Positions 55,629 to 64,000 of a stretch of DNA of 64,000 nt are shown one piece after another. The DNA is from a virus (taxonomy: Duplodnaviria > Caudoviricetes): the IMG/VR virus record IMGVR_UViG_2634166338_000002; one strand, 5' to 3'. The notes under the pieces were generated by a model. The model did no database searches. It had not been told where the DNA came from and saw only the letters and a list, made by a program, of their open reading frames with translations. A program made the translations under genes and the position numbers. Every line of letters starts with the position of its first letter. The first letter of the stretch is position 1.

Positions 55629-56912
55629 ATGTCATCCCCTCTTCCGGTGACCGGCCCGGCTGCGGCCCGGCTGCTGCGCGCCGACTACACCGTCCTGGTC
55701 ACCGACCCGCAACTGACCGTACTCGGTGATCCGCTGCACGAATGGAGCCGCCTGCAAGCGACCCTGCGGTGGAAAGAACCGGGCTCCGGACAGATCGTGC
55801 TACCCGCCCACAACTACATCCGCGACCAGCTGATGCCCGGCTGCCGGATCGTCGTGATCCGCCACGTCCTCGGCCGGTCGTCGGTGCTGCTGGCCGGGCC
55901 CATGGAACAACGGCTCCGGGAACGCGCCGACGACGGCGAGCACGGTGGTGTCGGCACGCTCACGGTGTCATTCGCCGACGACACCGCCCACCTGGCCGCA
56001 CGCGTGGCCTACCCGGACCCGACCAAACTGCCCAAAAACCAGACCAGCGACTACTGGACCTACAGCGGCAACCCCGAACAGGGCATGCTGACCCTGGTCG
56101 ACACCCAGGCCGGGCCCGGCGCGCTGGCGGCCCGCCGGGTGCCGAAGCTGCAGGTGGCCCCGTTTTCGGGGATCGCCGGCACCGGCACCATCGCGCTGGG
56201 GCCGACCTCCGACGTGGCACCGCGAGAACGCCTCGAACGACTGACCGACGTGCTGCGCCGCATGTGCACCCTCGGCGTCGGCACCGGCCATCCCGACTCC
56301 CTCGGCTTCCGCGTGCGCCAGACGCAAATCAACGGCGCCGACACGCTGCTGTTCGAGCCGGTCAGGTCCCGCAATCTCGCCGGTGACGTCCACTTCTCGT
56401 TCGCCATGGGCAACCTGCGGTACTACAGCTTCGAACTCGGTGCCCCGACCCTGACCCATCCGATCGTCGGCGGGCAAGGCGAAGGCGTCGACCGGTTCAT
56501 CGACGAATTCCCCACCACCGACCCGGCACAGCTGGCATGGGGCCGGTGGGAAGGCTACGTCGCCCGCGCCGGAGCCAGCCCGCGCGCGCAGCTGCAGGCC
56601 GCCGCGACCGAGGCGTTACAGGAGGCCGGCCAGTCCGGCCGCCTCGCCTCATCCGCGGCCGACACCGTCGACCAACGATTCGGCGTGCACTACTCCGTCG
56701 GCGACCTGGTCTCCCTCGAACTGGACATCGGCGAAACCGTCAGCGCCCCGGTCCAAACCGTCTCCCTACAAGCATGGCCGACCGCGGGTGAGGTCGTCGG
56801 CACCACCATCGGCGACCAATCGGCCCGCTACGAGTCAGCATGGATTCGCGAGATGCGACTGATGGACCAGCGCGTCGGCACCCTCGAACGCTACGCACTC
56901 ACCGCCGTGTGA
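55629..56912 (+). CDS. Minor tail / baseplate hub (Gp37-like) protein
   Basis: L.GP...GNL...GQGEG..R...W...E..V...FG.HY.VGD.V. Confidence 0.82.
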   Translation: MSSPLPVTGPAAARLLRADYTVLVTDPQLTVLGDPLHEWSRLQATLRWKEPGSGQIVLPAHNYIRDQLMPGCRIVVIRHVLGRSSVLLAGPMEQRLRERADDGEHGGVGTLTVSFADDTAHLAARVAYPDPTKLPKNQTSDYWTYSGNPEQGMLTLVDTQAGPGALAARRVPKLQVAPFSGIAGTGTIALGPTSDVAPRERLERLTDVLRRMCTLGVGTGHPDSLGFRVRQTQINGADTLLFEPVRSRNLAGDVHFSFAMGNLRYYSFELGAPTLTHPIVGGQGEGVDRFIDEFPTTDPAQLAWGRWEGYVARAGASPRAQLQAAATEALQEAGQSGRLASSAADTVDQRFGVHYSVGDLVSLELDIGETVSAPVQTVSLQAWPTAGEVVGTTIGDQSARYESAWIREMRLMDQRVGTLERYALTAV

Positions 56913-57103
56913 ACCGCGTGATTCCGATGACCATGGGCGGCCACCCCGACGGTTCAGACTCCCTCCGCCACGGCTCAAGAGATAAGAACTGCGACGGCCC
57001 AAAATCGGCCCCGCCTCACTCACATCTCATGCGCAGCGTCATCGTCAATGCTGCCAGCGGCATTGACGATGGACCAGGCGTCGGTCAGATCCTAGGATCG
57101 ACG

Positions 57104-57880
57104 TCAGACCGAAATCCTCGAAGCGACTTCCTCGATGCGGTGCGTCGCCCGGAAGTTGCCTCTACCAACGCGCTCGACATGGCCACGCTTGACCATGCGG
57201 GCCACAGCGGTACGCACGACGGCTTTCTTCAAAGCAATTTCTTCGAGGCTTAATTGCTCGCTTCTCTGCGTACCAATCAGATCATCGACGGTGAAGGTGC
57301 AGCCGCGGTCGGCAGTCAGCACCTTTGCGATTCGCATAGTCCAGGTAGGGGTTTCATTTGCCTCATCGGGTACGGGTGGAACTCGTTCGACGTTCAGTGA
57401 TGGCATCAAAAACTGAATGCCACTTGAATGCAATTCATACCTTGCCCTCGGCGCGGTGGAATCAAGTCGGCGACCGTTGAGTAACACCTCCTGGCTATCC
57501 CGCGGTCGCGCGCTTTCGCCGCACCTGCCGACCCGGGAGACCTCAGTATCCCTTCGCTGACCCGCATCGCCTACCCCTGCAGCGATGCAAGCATCCCGGG
57601 CTTCCTTGAGCACCTCGAGCTTGATGCGAGCCGAAGTGGTCTGCTCTTTCAGTTCCGCTGCTGTAGCTATTACGCGTTCGAGTTTCTTCTGCGCGCTCTC
57701 CAGATCTCGCGCAGCTTTGTCGCATTGGCGCTGAAGGAATGTGACTAGCGATCGACTCGACGAGGAAGGCATGCTGCACATTTTATTGACGGTCTCTGTC
57801 GCAGGATTAACCCGACACTCCGACGTGGCGTTGCGTGGCATCTCCGGCCCGGTTGTGTGGATGCCTTGATTGGTCGCCAC
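57104..57880 (-). CDS. Moron: coiled-coil plus C-terminal winged-helix-like protein
   Basis: Antisense, lower GC; VRTAVARMVKRG.VERVGRG.F. Start uncertain. Confidence 0.6.
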   Translation of the reverse strand: MATNQGIHTTGPEMPRNATSECRVNPATETVNKMCSMPSSSSRSLVTFLQRQCDKAARDLESAQKKLERVIATAAELKEQTTSARIKLEVLKEARDACIAAGVGDAGQRRDTEVSRVGRCGESARPRDSQEVLLNGRRLDSTAPRARYELHSSGIQFLMPSLNVERVPPVPDEANETPTWTMRIAKVLTADRGCTFTVDDLIGTQRSEQLSLEEIALKKAVVRTAVARMVKRGHVERVGRGNFRATHRIEEVASRISV

Positions 57881-58051
57881 GGTTCGTGAACGCCGCTACC
57901 TGCTGGGCACAACTGGAATCAGCAGACCGACAGCAAGTTCGGTCAAACCACTGTGTCGGGTCATCGTGGGCGGGGATCGGCCGGCGAACCCGAACTGACC
58001 GACACCGCCAGAACCAAACTGCGACGACACAACTGAATATGGAGGCCCTCG

Positions 58052-59014
58052 GTGGCCGAAAAGTCCTTTCCGTATGCCGGTGGCGGCGGGGTTACCGACG
58101 CCCGTTACGAGGCGCTGATGGCGGGGGTCACCGGCAACGGCCGGGTCGCGTACAACCCCAACTCGACCACCCTGAGCCAGGGCCTGGTGTACGCCGATTC
58201 CACCGGCCGGCAAATCAAGGTCCGCGGCGGCCAGGCCGCCCTGATCCGGGGCTTCCGCTGGGAGACCGACAGCGAGGGGCTGCTCCAGCCGATTGAGGCG
58301 AACACCTCCGGCCAGCCGCGCCTGGATCTCGCGGTGCTGCGGCTGAACCGGGAGACCTACACCGTCAGCTTCCGCATCGTGAAAGGGCTGCCCGCGGCAA
58401 CGCCGGTGGCGCCCGCTGTCAGCCAGCAGACCGGCACGACCGGCGTGTGGGAGCTGCCGGTCGCCACGATCCGGGTCACCAGCAGCACCACGTCCGGGCT
58501 GCCGTCGATCGGCGCCACCGACGTGACCGTGATCGACAACTTCCTGGCCTCGCCCCCGATGACCGGGCATTCCTCGAGGCGGCCGCCGGCGGCATGGGGT
58601 GGCCTGTGGACCGAGTACGACACCGGCAAGACCTTCATCGGTCGCGGCGGCGCCTGGCACCTGATCGGCGAGAACGGGGCCTCCACCCGCATCTGGGGGC
58701 CCGTGCACTGGAACGCCGCCTCAACGTTCATGTACGCCCAGCGGCGTAACGGGTGGGTGGAGTTCCACGGTTTGTTGTTGTTGTACGCGGGCGGTAAGAA
58801 GGCCGCGGGCAGCGACGTGACCATCTGCACGCTGCCCGACCAGTTCCGGCCGATCGCCGACCGCACCCTGCTCGCCTACATCGCCGGTGCAAACCTGGCC
58901 CGCTGCTACCTCGACGCCTCCGCCGGGCGCATCGCCCTGAGCAACTACGCGGTGGCCCTGGAAAGCGGCGATTCCATCGCCATCCCTCCGGCCTCCTGGA
59001 TCGCCGCGAACTAA
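58052..59014 (+). CDS. Minor tail protein
   Basis: GGAGG RBS; I.ANTSGQPR.D..V.R, WE.P.A; C-terminal TLP..FRP. Confidence 0.85.
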   Translation: MAEKSFPYAGGGGVTDARYEALMAGVTGNGRVAYNPNSTTLSQGLVYADSTGRQIKVRGGQAALIRGFRWETDSEGLLQPIEANTSGQPRLDLAVLRLNRETYTVSFRIVKGLPAATPVAPAVSQQTGTTGVWELPVATIRVTSSTTSGLPSIGATDVTVIDNFLASPPMTGHSSRRPPAAWGGLWTEYDTGKTFIGRGGAWHLIGENGASTRIWGPVHWNAASTFMYAQRRNGWVEFHGLLLLYAGGKKAAGSDVTICTLPDQFRPIADRTLLAYIAGANLARCYLDASAGRIALSNYAVALESGDSIAIPPASWIAAN

Positions 59015-59172
59015 AGGCGGCACCTACTGGGCGCCCCCGCTACTCGTCACGGTCGTCTGACGCCGTCGGCCCCGTGTGGCGGCTGGACGGGCGTCTCGGC
59101 TTCTCACCTTGTGACCTGGCCGGCCTGCTTCTTCACGGGCCGGTCCCCTCTTTCGTGATCGGAATCAGATCC

Positions 59173-59745
59173 ATGGACACCGCGCACTGCACCACGTGCT
59201 CCTGCGGTCGAGGCGGAGTGATCCGCTGGCGGCCGATCGTCGCCGTGCTTCTCTTCATGTCCGGCTGGGACACCGTCGGCCTGCTGATCGGCGAGCAGAT
59301 GTTCGCCGGCCCCAGCTACGACCTGCTGCGTGACCTCGTCGACGAGGTCACGGTCGCCGGGATCACCCTCGGCGTACGCGTCTACGGCCTACTTCTGCTG
59401 GCCATCACCGGCTTGGTTACGTGGGCGCTGCTGGCCCACCGCTACCGGCACGGCAGCATGTCGAGGCCTCTGCGGCTGGGCCTGTCGGCCTTGGCCGCCT
59501 ACTGGGTGTCCTGGTGCGCCGGTCTGGCGATGACGTTCATCGCCCACGGCCAGATCTACGCCTGGGGCGCCATCGGAAAGCTCGTCGGCATCGCCGCGAT
59601 CGCGGTGCTGGCAGCACGAGTCCCGCCGCCGGAACCTGCGGTGGACTCCACAACAACGGGGAAGGTGAGACGTGCGGTGGGGGCCCCTGCAATGGCTGCG
59701 CAACAGCGCCGAACGGAGCGGCCTCATCCAGCTTCTGGCTCCTAG
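59173..59745 (+). CDS. Multi-TM membrane protein (lysis region)
   Basis: About four hydrophobic segments. Confidence 0.7.
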   Translation: MDTAHCTTCSCGRGGVIRWRPIVAVLLFMSGWDTVGLLIGEQMFAGPSYDLLRDLVDEVTVAGITLGVRVYGLLLLAITGLVTWALLAHRYRHGSMSRPLRLGLSALAAYWVSWCAGLAMTFIAHGQIYAWGAIGKLVGIAAIAVLAARVPPPEPAVDSTTTGKVRRAVGAPAMAAQQRRTERPHPASGS

Positions 59746-60106
59746 CCTGGCCGCCGACACGAGCCTGCTCGACAAACTGGCCGTCCCGGTGATCGGCGCG
59801 ATCGGCGTCATCACCGTCGCCGTGATCACCCTCATCGGCACGTACCGGTCCAGCGGCCGCACCGCACAGGTCCAGCGCGACAACGAACTGGATCAGCGCG
59901 CGGACCGGCAGAACGAGCGGCTGATGCAAGAGCTGGTCCGGGTGACCGCCCTGCTGGAGATCCGCGAACGCGAACGCGACGCCGCCGTCCAGGCTCGCGA
60001 CCAGGCCCGCGAGACGCTCGGCGAATACCGGGAGAAGTACGCCGCCCTGCGGGTGCGCGTCCGCCACGCGGGACTCGACCCCGACACCCTCGGCGAGAAC
60101 CTCTAA
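59672..60106 (+). CDS. TM plus coiled-coil protein (lysis accessory)
   Basis: One TM helix followed by a coiled coil. Start uncertain. Confidence 0.7.
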   Translation: MRWGPLQWLRNSAERSGLIQLLAPSLAADTSLLDKLAVPVIGAIGVITVAVITLIGTYRSSGRTAQVQRDNELDQRADRQNERLMQELVRVTALLEIRERERDAAVQARDQARETLGEYREKYAALRVRVRHAGLDPDTLGENL

Positions 60107-60129
60107 CCGGCGCTCGCCTCCCGCATTTC

Positions 60130-60159
60130 ACGCCCGGACCGACACGGTCCGGGCGTTTT
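60130..60159 (+). terminator. Intrinsic terminator before the holin
   Basis: acgcccggaccg-aca-cggtccgggcgt followed by TTT. Confidence 0.7.
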
Positions 60160-60204
60160 CTCGCGCCCCGCATGCGCGGGGCCAGCCCGAAGGAGAACTG
60201 CTGC

Positions 60205-60591
60205 ATGTCCCGTCTCAAGGCGTTGCTCACCAAGTACGGCAAGGCCCTCGTGCCGGCCGCGATCGCCGTGGTCACCGCCGCACAGGCGCCGCTGACCGAC
60301 CACCAGATCAGCACCCAGGAGGTGATCGCGTTCCTGATCGCGGTCAACGCCACGTTCTCGGTCTACGTCGTCCCCGTCCTGCACTACCGGTACGCCAAGA
60401 CCACGGTCGGAGTGTTCAACGCCGTCCTCATGGCGCTGGCCACCGCGGTGATCGGCGGCATCGACTGGCACGACGCCACCCAGCTCGTTCTGGCCGCGCT
60501 GATGGCGCTCGGCGTGAAAGTCGCCGACGCCGAGTCGGTCGGCAGGCCCGTCGACGGCGAGATCGTCGACAGCCCTGTCACGGCCCTCTGA
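60205..60591 (+). CDS. Holin
   Basis: Hydrophobic multi-TM protein (Y.KA...G/Q.I...E/D repeats) directly before the endolysin; AAGGAG RBS. Confidence 0.75.
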   Translation: MSRLKALLTKYGKALVPAAIAVVTAAQAPLTDHQISTQEVIAFLIAVNATFSVYVVPVLHYRYAKTTVGVFNAVLMALATAVIGGIDWHDATQLVLAALMALGVKVADAESVGRPVDGEIVDSPVTAL

Positions 60592-60692
60592 AAAACACGT
60601 CCCCTCCGCATTGTGGCTCTCGCGTTGACCGGCCTCCCCGGCGGCGCGAGGGCCACCTTCTTCTGTTCACACAACTTCATAGGGAGCACCTC

Positions 60693-61667
60693 ATGGGTCT
60701 GATCGCCACCGTCCTGTGGCCTGGACTGCACGCGCTGGAACCGGCGTCCAAGCTCGGCGGCATTCTGGCGCGCAAGCGCGGCTACCACGACAGCCGCGGC
60801 CATCACTTGCAGGTCGGCCGCACCAACGACTACTCGATCCGGATGCCGCTGGACCTCAAAGGTCCCGATGACGAAGCCGCCGCGATCGACTGGACCTTCC
60901 CGGACGCCCAGGCCGGCGACTTCACCACGATCAAGAAGTACAGCGCGCGGCTGCTCGCCGCCGGCCGGGCGAACGACCCGCGCACGTACGCGATGCGGGA
61001 GTTCTTCGGCAACGCCGACCTCGACCGCGACGTCGAGGGATGGGACTTCGTCCGCGACGAGACGTCCTCCTCGGACAGCTCCCATCTGTGGCACATCCAC
61101 ATCAGCATCCGCCGCTGCTACGTCAACAACAGACAGGCGATCGACGCGATCCTGTCGATCCTGCGCGGCGAGGCCCTGGCGGTGTGGCAGAAACGGTGGG
61201 GAATCGCCCCGACCGTGCCGGCCCCGGCCAAGCCGGCACCGAAGCCGGGTGACACGTACACCGTGAAGACCGGCGACACGCTGTCCGCGATCGCGAAAAC
61301 GTACCGGACCACCGTCGCCGCACTGAAAACCCTCAACCGCCTCACCAGCGACAAGATCATCGTCGGGCAGAAGCTGCTGCTGGTGACGCCCGCCCCGGCA
61401 GTACCGGCCGCTCCGAAGTGGCCCGTCGGCGAGCACGACTACTTCCGGCCCCAGGCCAACGCGCCGTACTCCGCGACCGTCGCGAAGTGGCAGGCGCAGA
61501 TGACCAAACTGGGCTGGGCGCTCACCGTCGACGGGCGCCTGGGCCCGAAGTCGGGCGCCGCTCTGCGGCAGATGCAGAAGCAGGTCGGTTTGGCCGCCGA
61601 CGGCCTCCTCGGCAAGAGGTCGTGGACGGCCACCTGGACCTCCACGAAAGCGCGCCGCAAGAGCTGA
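60693..61667 (+). CDS. Endolysin: Zn-peptidase-like domain, LysM and PG-binding domain
   Basis: GYH...AAID...HLWHIHIS; YTVK.GDTLS.IA..Y (LysM); VDG..GP...Q...GL.ADG..G..SW. Confidence 0.9.
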   Translation: MGLIATVLWPGLHALEPASKLGGILARKRGYHDSRGHHLQVGRTNDYSIRMPLDLKGPDDEAAAIDWTFPDAQAGDFTTIKKYSARLLAAGRANDPRTYAMREFFGNADLDRDVEGWDFVRDETSSSDSSHLWHIHISIRRCYVNNRQAIDAILSILRGEALAVWQKRWGIAPTVPAPAKPAPKPGDTYTVKTGDTLSAIAKTYRTTVAALKTLNRLTSDKIIVGQKLLLVTPAPAVPAAPKWPVGEHDYFRPQANAPYSATVAKWQAQMTKLGWALTVDGRLGPKSGAALRQMQKQVGLAADGLLGKRSWTATWTSTKARRKS

Positions 61668-61728
61668 CGGCCACCCGCTACCGGGCAACGACACGGGCGA
61701 GATGGCCGCCCGGCCGCCCGGTGACACC

Positions 61729-61770
61729 TGACGGTGTGCACCCGACCGCTTAGCGGGGTGCACACCGTCA
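61729..61770 (+). terminator. 15-bp stem-loop after the endolysin
   Basis: tgacggtgtgcaccc...gggtgcacaccgtca. Confidence 0.6.
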
Positions 61771-62014
61771 ACACCGCGTTGAGATGCGCGAAGTGGGAAC
61801 GGTTCCGGCGCTGCGGCCATGTCGGCGGAGCAGGGGCTTTCCCGCTGCATCGAGCAGCGCTCTAAGTGTGCGCGACAGCAAATGCGAGCAGCGTTATGGT
61901 GACCCGCGAACGAGCAACATATTGGCGTGGAGTGTCGCCTAAAGGCGGTAGCCCGCCGCCCATATACGCATGCCCGCATTCACATCCGAAGGCCATAGGC
62001 CGAAGGGACTGCCG

Positions 62015-62260
62015 ATGCTCCTGAATCAGGAAGATCAGACGGAAGCTCTCGTTCCCGCGTCGGCAGGAACGAGTGACGACCGTTCTCCGGTAGTCGAGGT
62101 AGTGGCCGGCTGGGACTCCGCCGACGACGGCTCGGACGTGATCGTGGCATGCCGCTCCGCCACAGGAAACTGGTACCTCGCCGACACGAAAGCCTCCATC
62201 AGCGCAGCCCAGGTGGCACGTCTCGCTGGCCGCACCGCACCGCTCTGCGAACCGTACTGA
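62015..62260 (+). CDS. Small hypothetical protein
   Basis: GAAGGGA RBS; 81 aa. Confidence 0.5.
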   Translation: MLLNQEDQTEALVPASAGTSDDRSPVVEVVAGWDSADDGSDVIVACRSATGNWYLADTKASISAAQVARLAGRTAPLCEPY

Positions 62261-62396
62261 TCCTGCCGGAACCCTCTTCTTCGCCGCCCGCAACGGGCTT
62301 CCGACTTCCCCGTACTGCCCCAAAGGGTCCCTGACGATCCAGCACACCCCAGTCCTCATTCACAACTGAATAGTCCAACCGAACCGGAGGGCCTTC

Positions 62397-63707
62397 GTGT
62401 CCCAGCCGTGCTTGGTATGCCACTACCGCAACGCAGAAACGGTATGCGCCGACGACCGTCATCTACTCGCGAAACAACTATCCGACATCCCCCGGAAACT
62501 CGTAGCCCTCGCACTGCAAATCATGCCGGGAACCGACATGGACAGTCCCCGCGTCGCCACCTCCCGCGTCGAAGCCCCCCTCCCGGTACGGCTCGACGCA
62601 CTGTCGCTGCTGGCGGCCGGCAGCGAGCAAGTCACCAGCCCAATGCACCCCTTGATCCGCCGATGGTCGGTCACCACCACCATCCACGTGCAGACCGTCG
62701 TCCGCGGCGAAACGATCACCGAACAGCGACGCATCCCACAATGGTTCAGCGAGCCCGTTTACGACGCCGACGGCAAACCGGTCCTGGTTCCCGACGACGA
62801 CCAGATCGGCTCCATCCCGCCACGGGAATGGCTGGACATGACCGTCCGCGCCTGGCGCGCCCAGCTCGGCCACCGCGTTCCCGCCCGAACGTCCAAGGCC
62901 ATCACCGCCCGACTCGGCGGCAAACACCCGCCGGTCACCATCTGGCCGGCACCCCGACGTCCACGCTCTCGCCCACTCACTCGGCGGGAACAAGTTCAGG
63001 CGGCCCTGCACCTGTTACACACTCCGGCCGGCCAACACACCTTCTGCCTGCTCCGAACAATCCAGGCCAGCCTGCACCGCCCCCAACAGCCCCCGCCGCC
63101 CGTCGAACCGATCGATCCGCTGGCGGCCGACATACAGCACCGCTTCGGCACGCCGGCCACGTCCCAGTCCGTCACCTGGGACGTGAAGTATCTGCTCACC
63201 TGGTTGGACACCGCCTGCGACCGTGACCTCGGTATCGCCGAGTTCGCCGCCGAACTCGGCGCGGTCACCGCCGAACTGGCCCGTGCCCTCGGTGAAGAGC
63301 CGGCCCAGACACGAATCGGCCGCTGTCCGGCGTTCCTCCTCGAGGAACACCCCACCGGCCACGATGAGCCACCAGCCGTGTCCCGCAGACCCTGCGGCGC
63401 CGAACTCCGGCATGAACCCGGCTGGGCACAGGTCCCCTGCCCGCGCTGCCACAGCGTGTGGGAGGTACGCGGGCCTGCGGCGATCCGCACCGCCCGCGAA
63501 ATCCGCCGAGTCTGGCCCATCGACCGGCACCGCCGATACACCGCCGACGAAATAGACGGACTGCCCTACCCGCGCTGCCCCACATGCTCGGTCCAGGTCA
63601 CCGTCCGCTGGCGCGAAGTCACAGATCCCCGCGACAAGACGCGTACCTGGCAGCCAGCCTCTGCCCGCTGCGAGAACGGCTGCGAAGCCGCTGGCAGAAC
63701 GCTGTAA
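62397..63707 (+). CDS. Zn-finger-rich phage protein, possible transcription regulator
   Basis: GGAGG RBS; CxxC...C N-terminus; GRCP...CGA.L...C.RC...W; further CxxC. Confidence 0.75.
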   Translation: MSQPCLVCHYRNAETVCADDRHLLAKQLSDIPRKLVALALQIMPGTDMDSPRVATSRVEAPLPVRLDALSLLAAGSEQVTSPMHPLIRRWSVTTTIHVQTVVRGETITEQRRIPQWFSEPVYDADGKPVLVPDDDQIGSIPPREWLDMTVRAWRAQLGHRVPARTSKAITARLGGKHPPVTIWPAPRRPRSRPLTRREQVQAALHLLHTPAGQHTFCLLRTIQASLHRPQQPPPPVEPIDPLAADIQHRFGTPATSQSVTWDVKYLLTWLDTACDRDLGIAEFAAELGAVTAELARALGEEPAQTRIGRCPAFLLEEHPTGHDEPPAVSRRPCGAELRHEPGWAQVPCPRCHSVWEVRGPAAIRTAREIRRVWPIDRHRRYTADEIDGLPYPRCPTCSVQVTVRWREVTDPRDKTRTWQPASARCENGCEAAGRTL

Positions 63708-63757
63708 CCGATCCACCACGACCTCAACGCAGATCCGACCGAGACCCGAGGACTTCG

Positions 63758-64000
63758 ATGATCGGACGCTGGCACGGCAACGACTTTCTCATCGACCAGG
63801 AGGCAGCCGCCGTCATCGACGCCCGCGGCCTGTCCAAGCACACCGTCAGGACAAGACTTGCGGGCTTCGCCACTGCCTGTGATGTCGCGACCCGAGCTCC
63901 CCTGTACGACCACGAGGAGGCGGCTCACATCCTTGGCACCGTACGTCCTCGCCCCGCACGCCGCGCGACCGCGCAACGAGCACAGCGAGTCGGGCCATGA
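63758..64000 (+). CDS. Small HTH-like hypothetical protein
   Basis: GAGGA RBS; LID.EAA...S.HTVR...ACDV.TRA.LYD. Confidence 0.6.
   Translation: MIGRWHGNDFLIDQEAAAVIDARGLSKHTVRTRLAGFATACDVATRAPLYDHEEAAHILGTVRPRPARRATAQRAQRVGP

Noticed and set aside
1-64000. tRNA, rRNA, integrase/att, reverse transcriptase or DGR
   Set aside because: No cloverleaf or T-loop signature, tyrosine/serine integrase, YxDD reverse transcriptase or TR/VR pair was recognised by eye; tRNAscan and HMM searches were not run.

Overview
High-GC actinobacterial DNA (probably Micromonosporaceae-like; host is inferred) holding a large siphovirus-type prophage or phage-plasmid. (1) 1-9.5 kb is a leftward early arm of paralogous hypothetical genes separated by repeated hairpin-bearing leaders and a recurring 19-bp operator. 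It includes a 979-aa DnaN beta-clamp fusion whose tail shares modules with its neighbours. (2) 9.7-21.4 kb is cargo: a HEPN protein, a lipoprotein, an HNH-like protein, an IS110 recombinase with a long structured 5' non-coding region, a RepA_C-type plasmid replication protein and an AlpA regulator. (3) 21.4-61.8 kb is an apparently complete rightward virion operon: HNH, terminases, portal, scaffold, capsid, head-tail, tail, tape measure and lysis genes, interrupted by several antisense morons. The best-supported unannotated structure is a 1.5-kb transposase-less Tn7/Tn5053-type mini-transposon (25971-27473). It has TGT...ACA ends, repeated transposase-binding sites and a CCGGA target duplication, carries a PD-(D/E)XK-like nuclease, and splits a reconstructable ORF. 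A second end of the same family lies about 100 bp away, in front of a CHAT-like protease gene. Also notable: a tail chaperone G/GT pair apparently produced by gene duplication rather than frameshifting, and a late promoter-terminator layout with a repeated ACAACTGAATAG motif that suggests antitermination. No integrase, tRNA, rRNA or CRISPR array was seen. All family assignments are by eye from motifs; no database searches were run.
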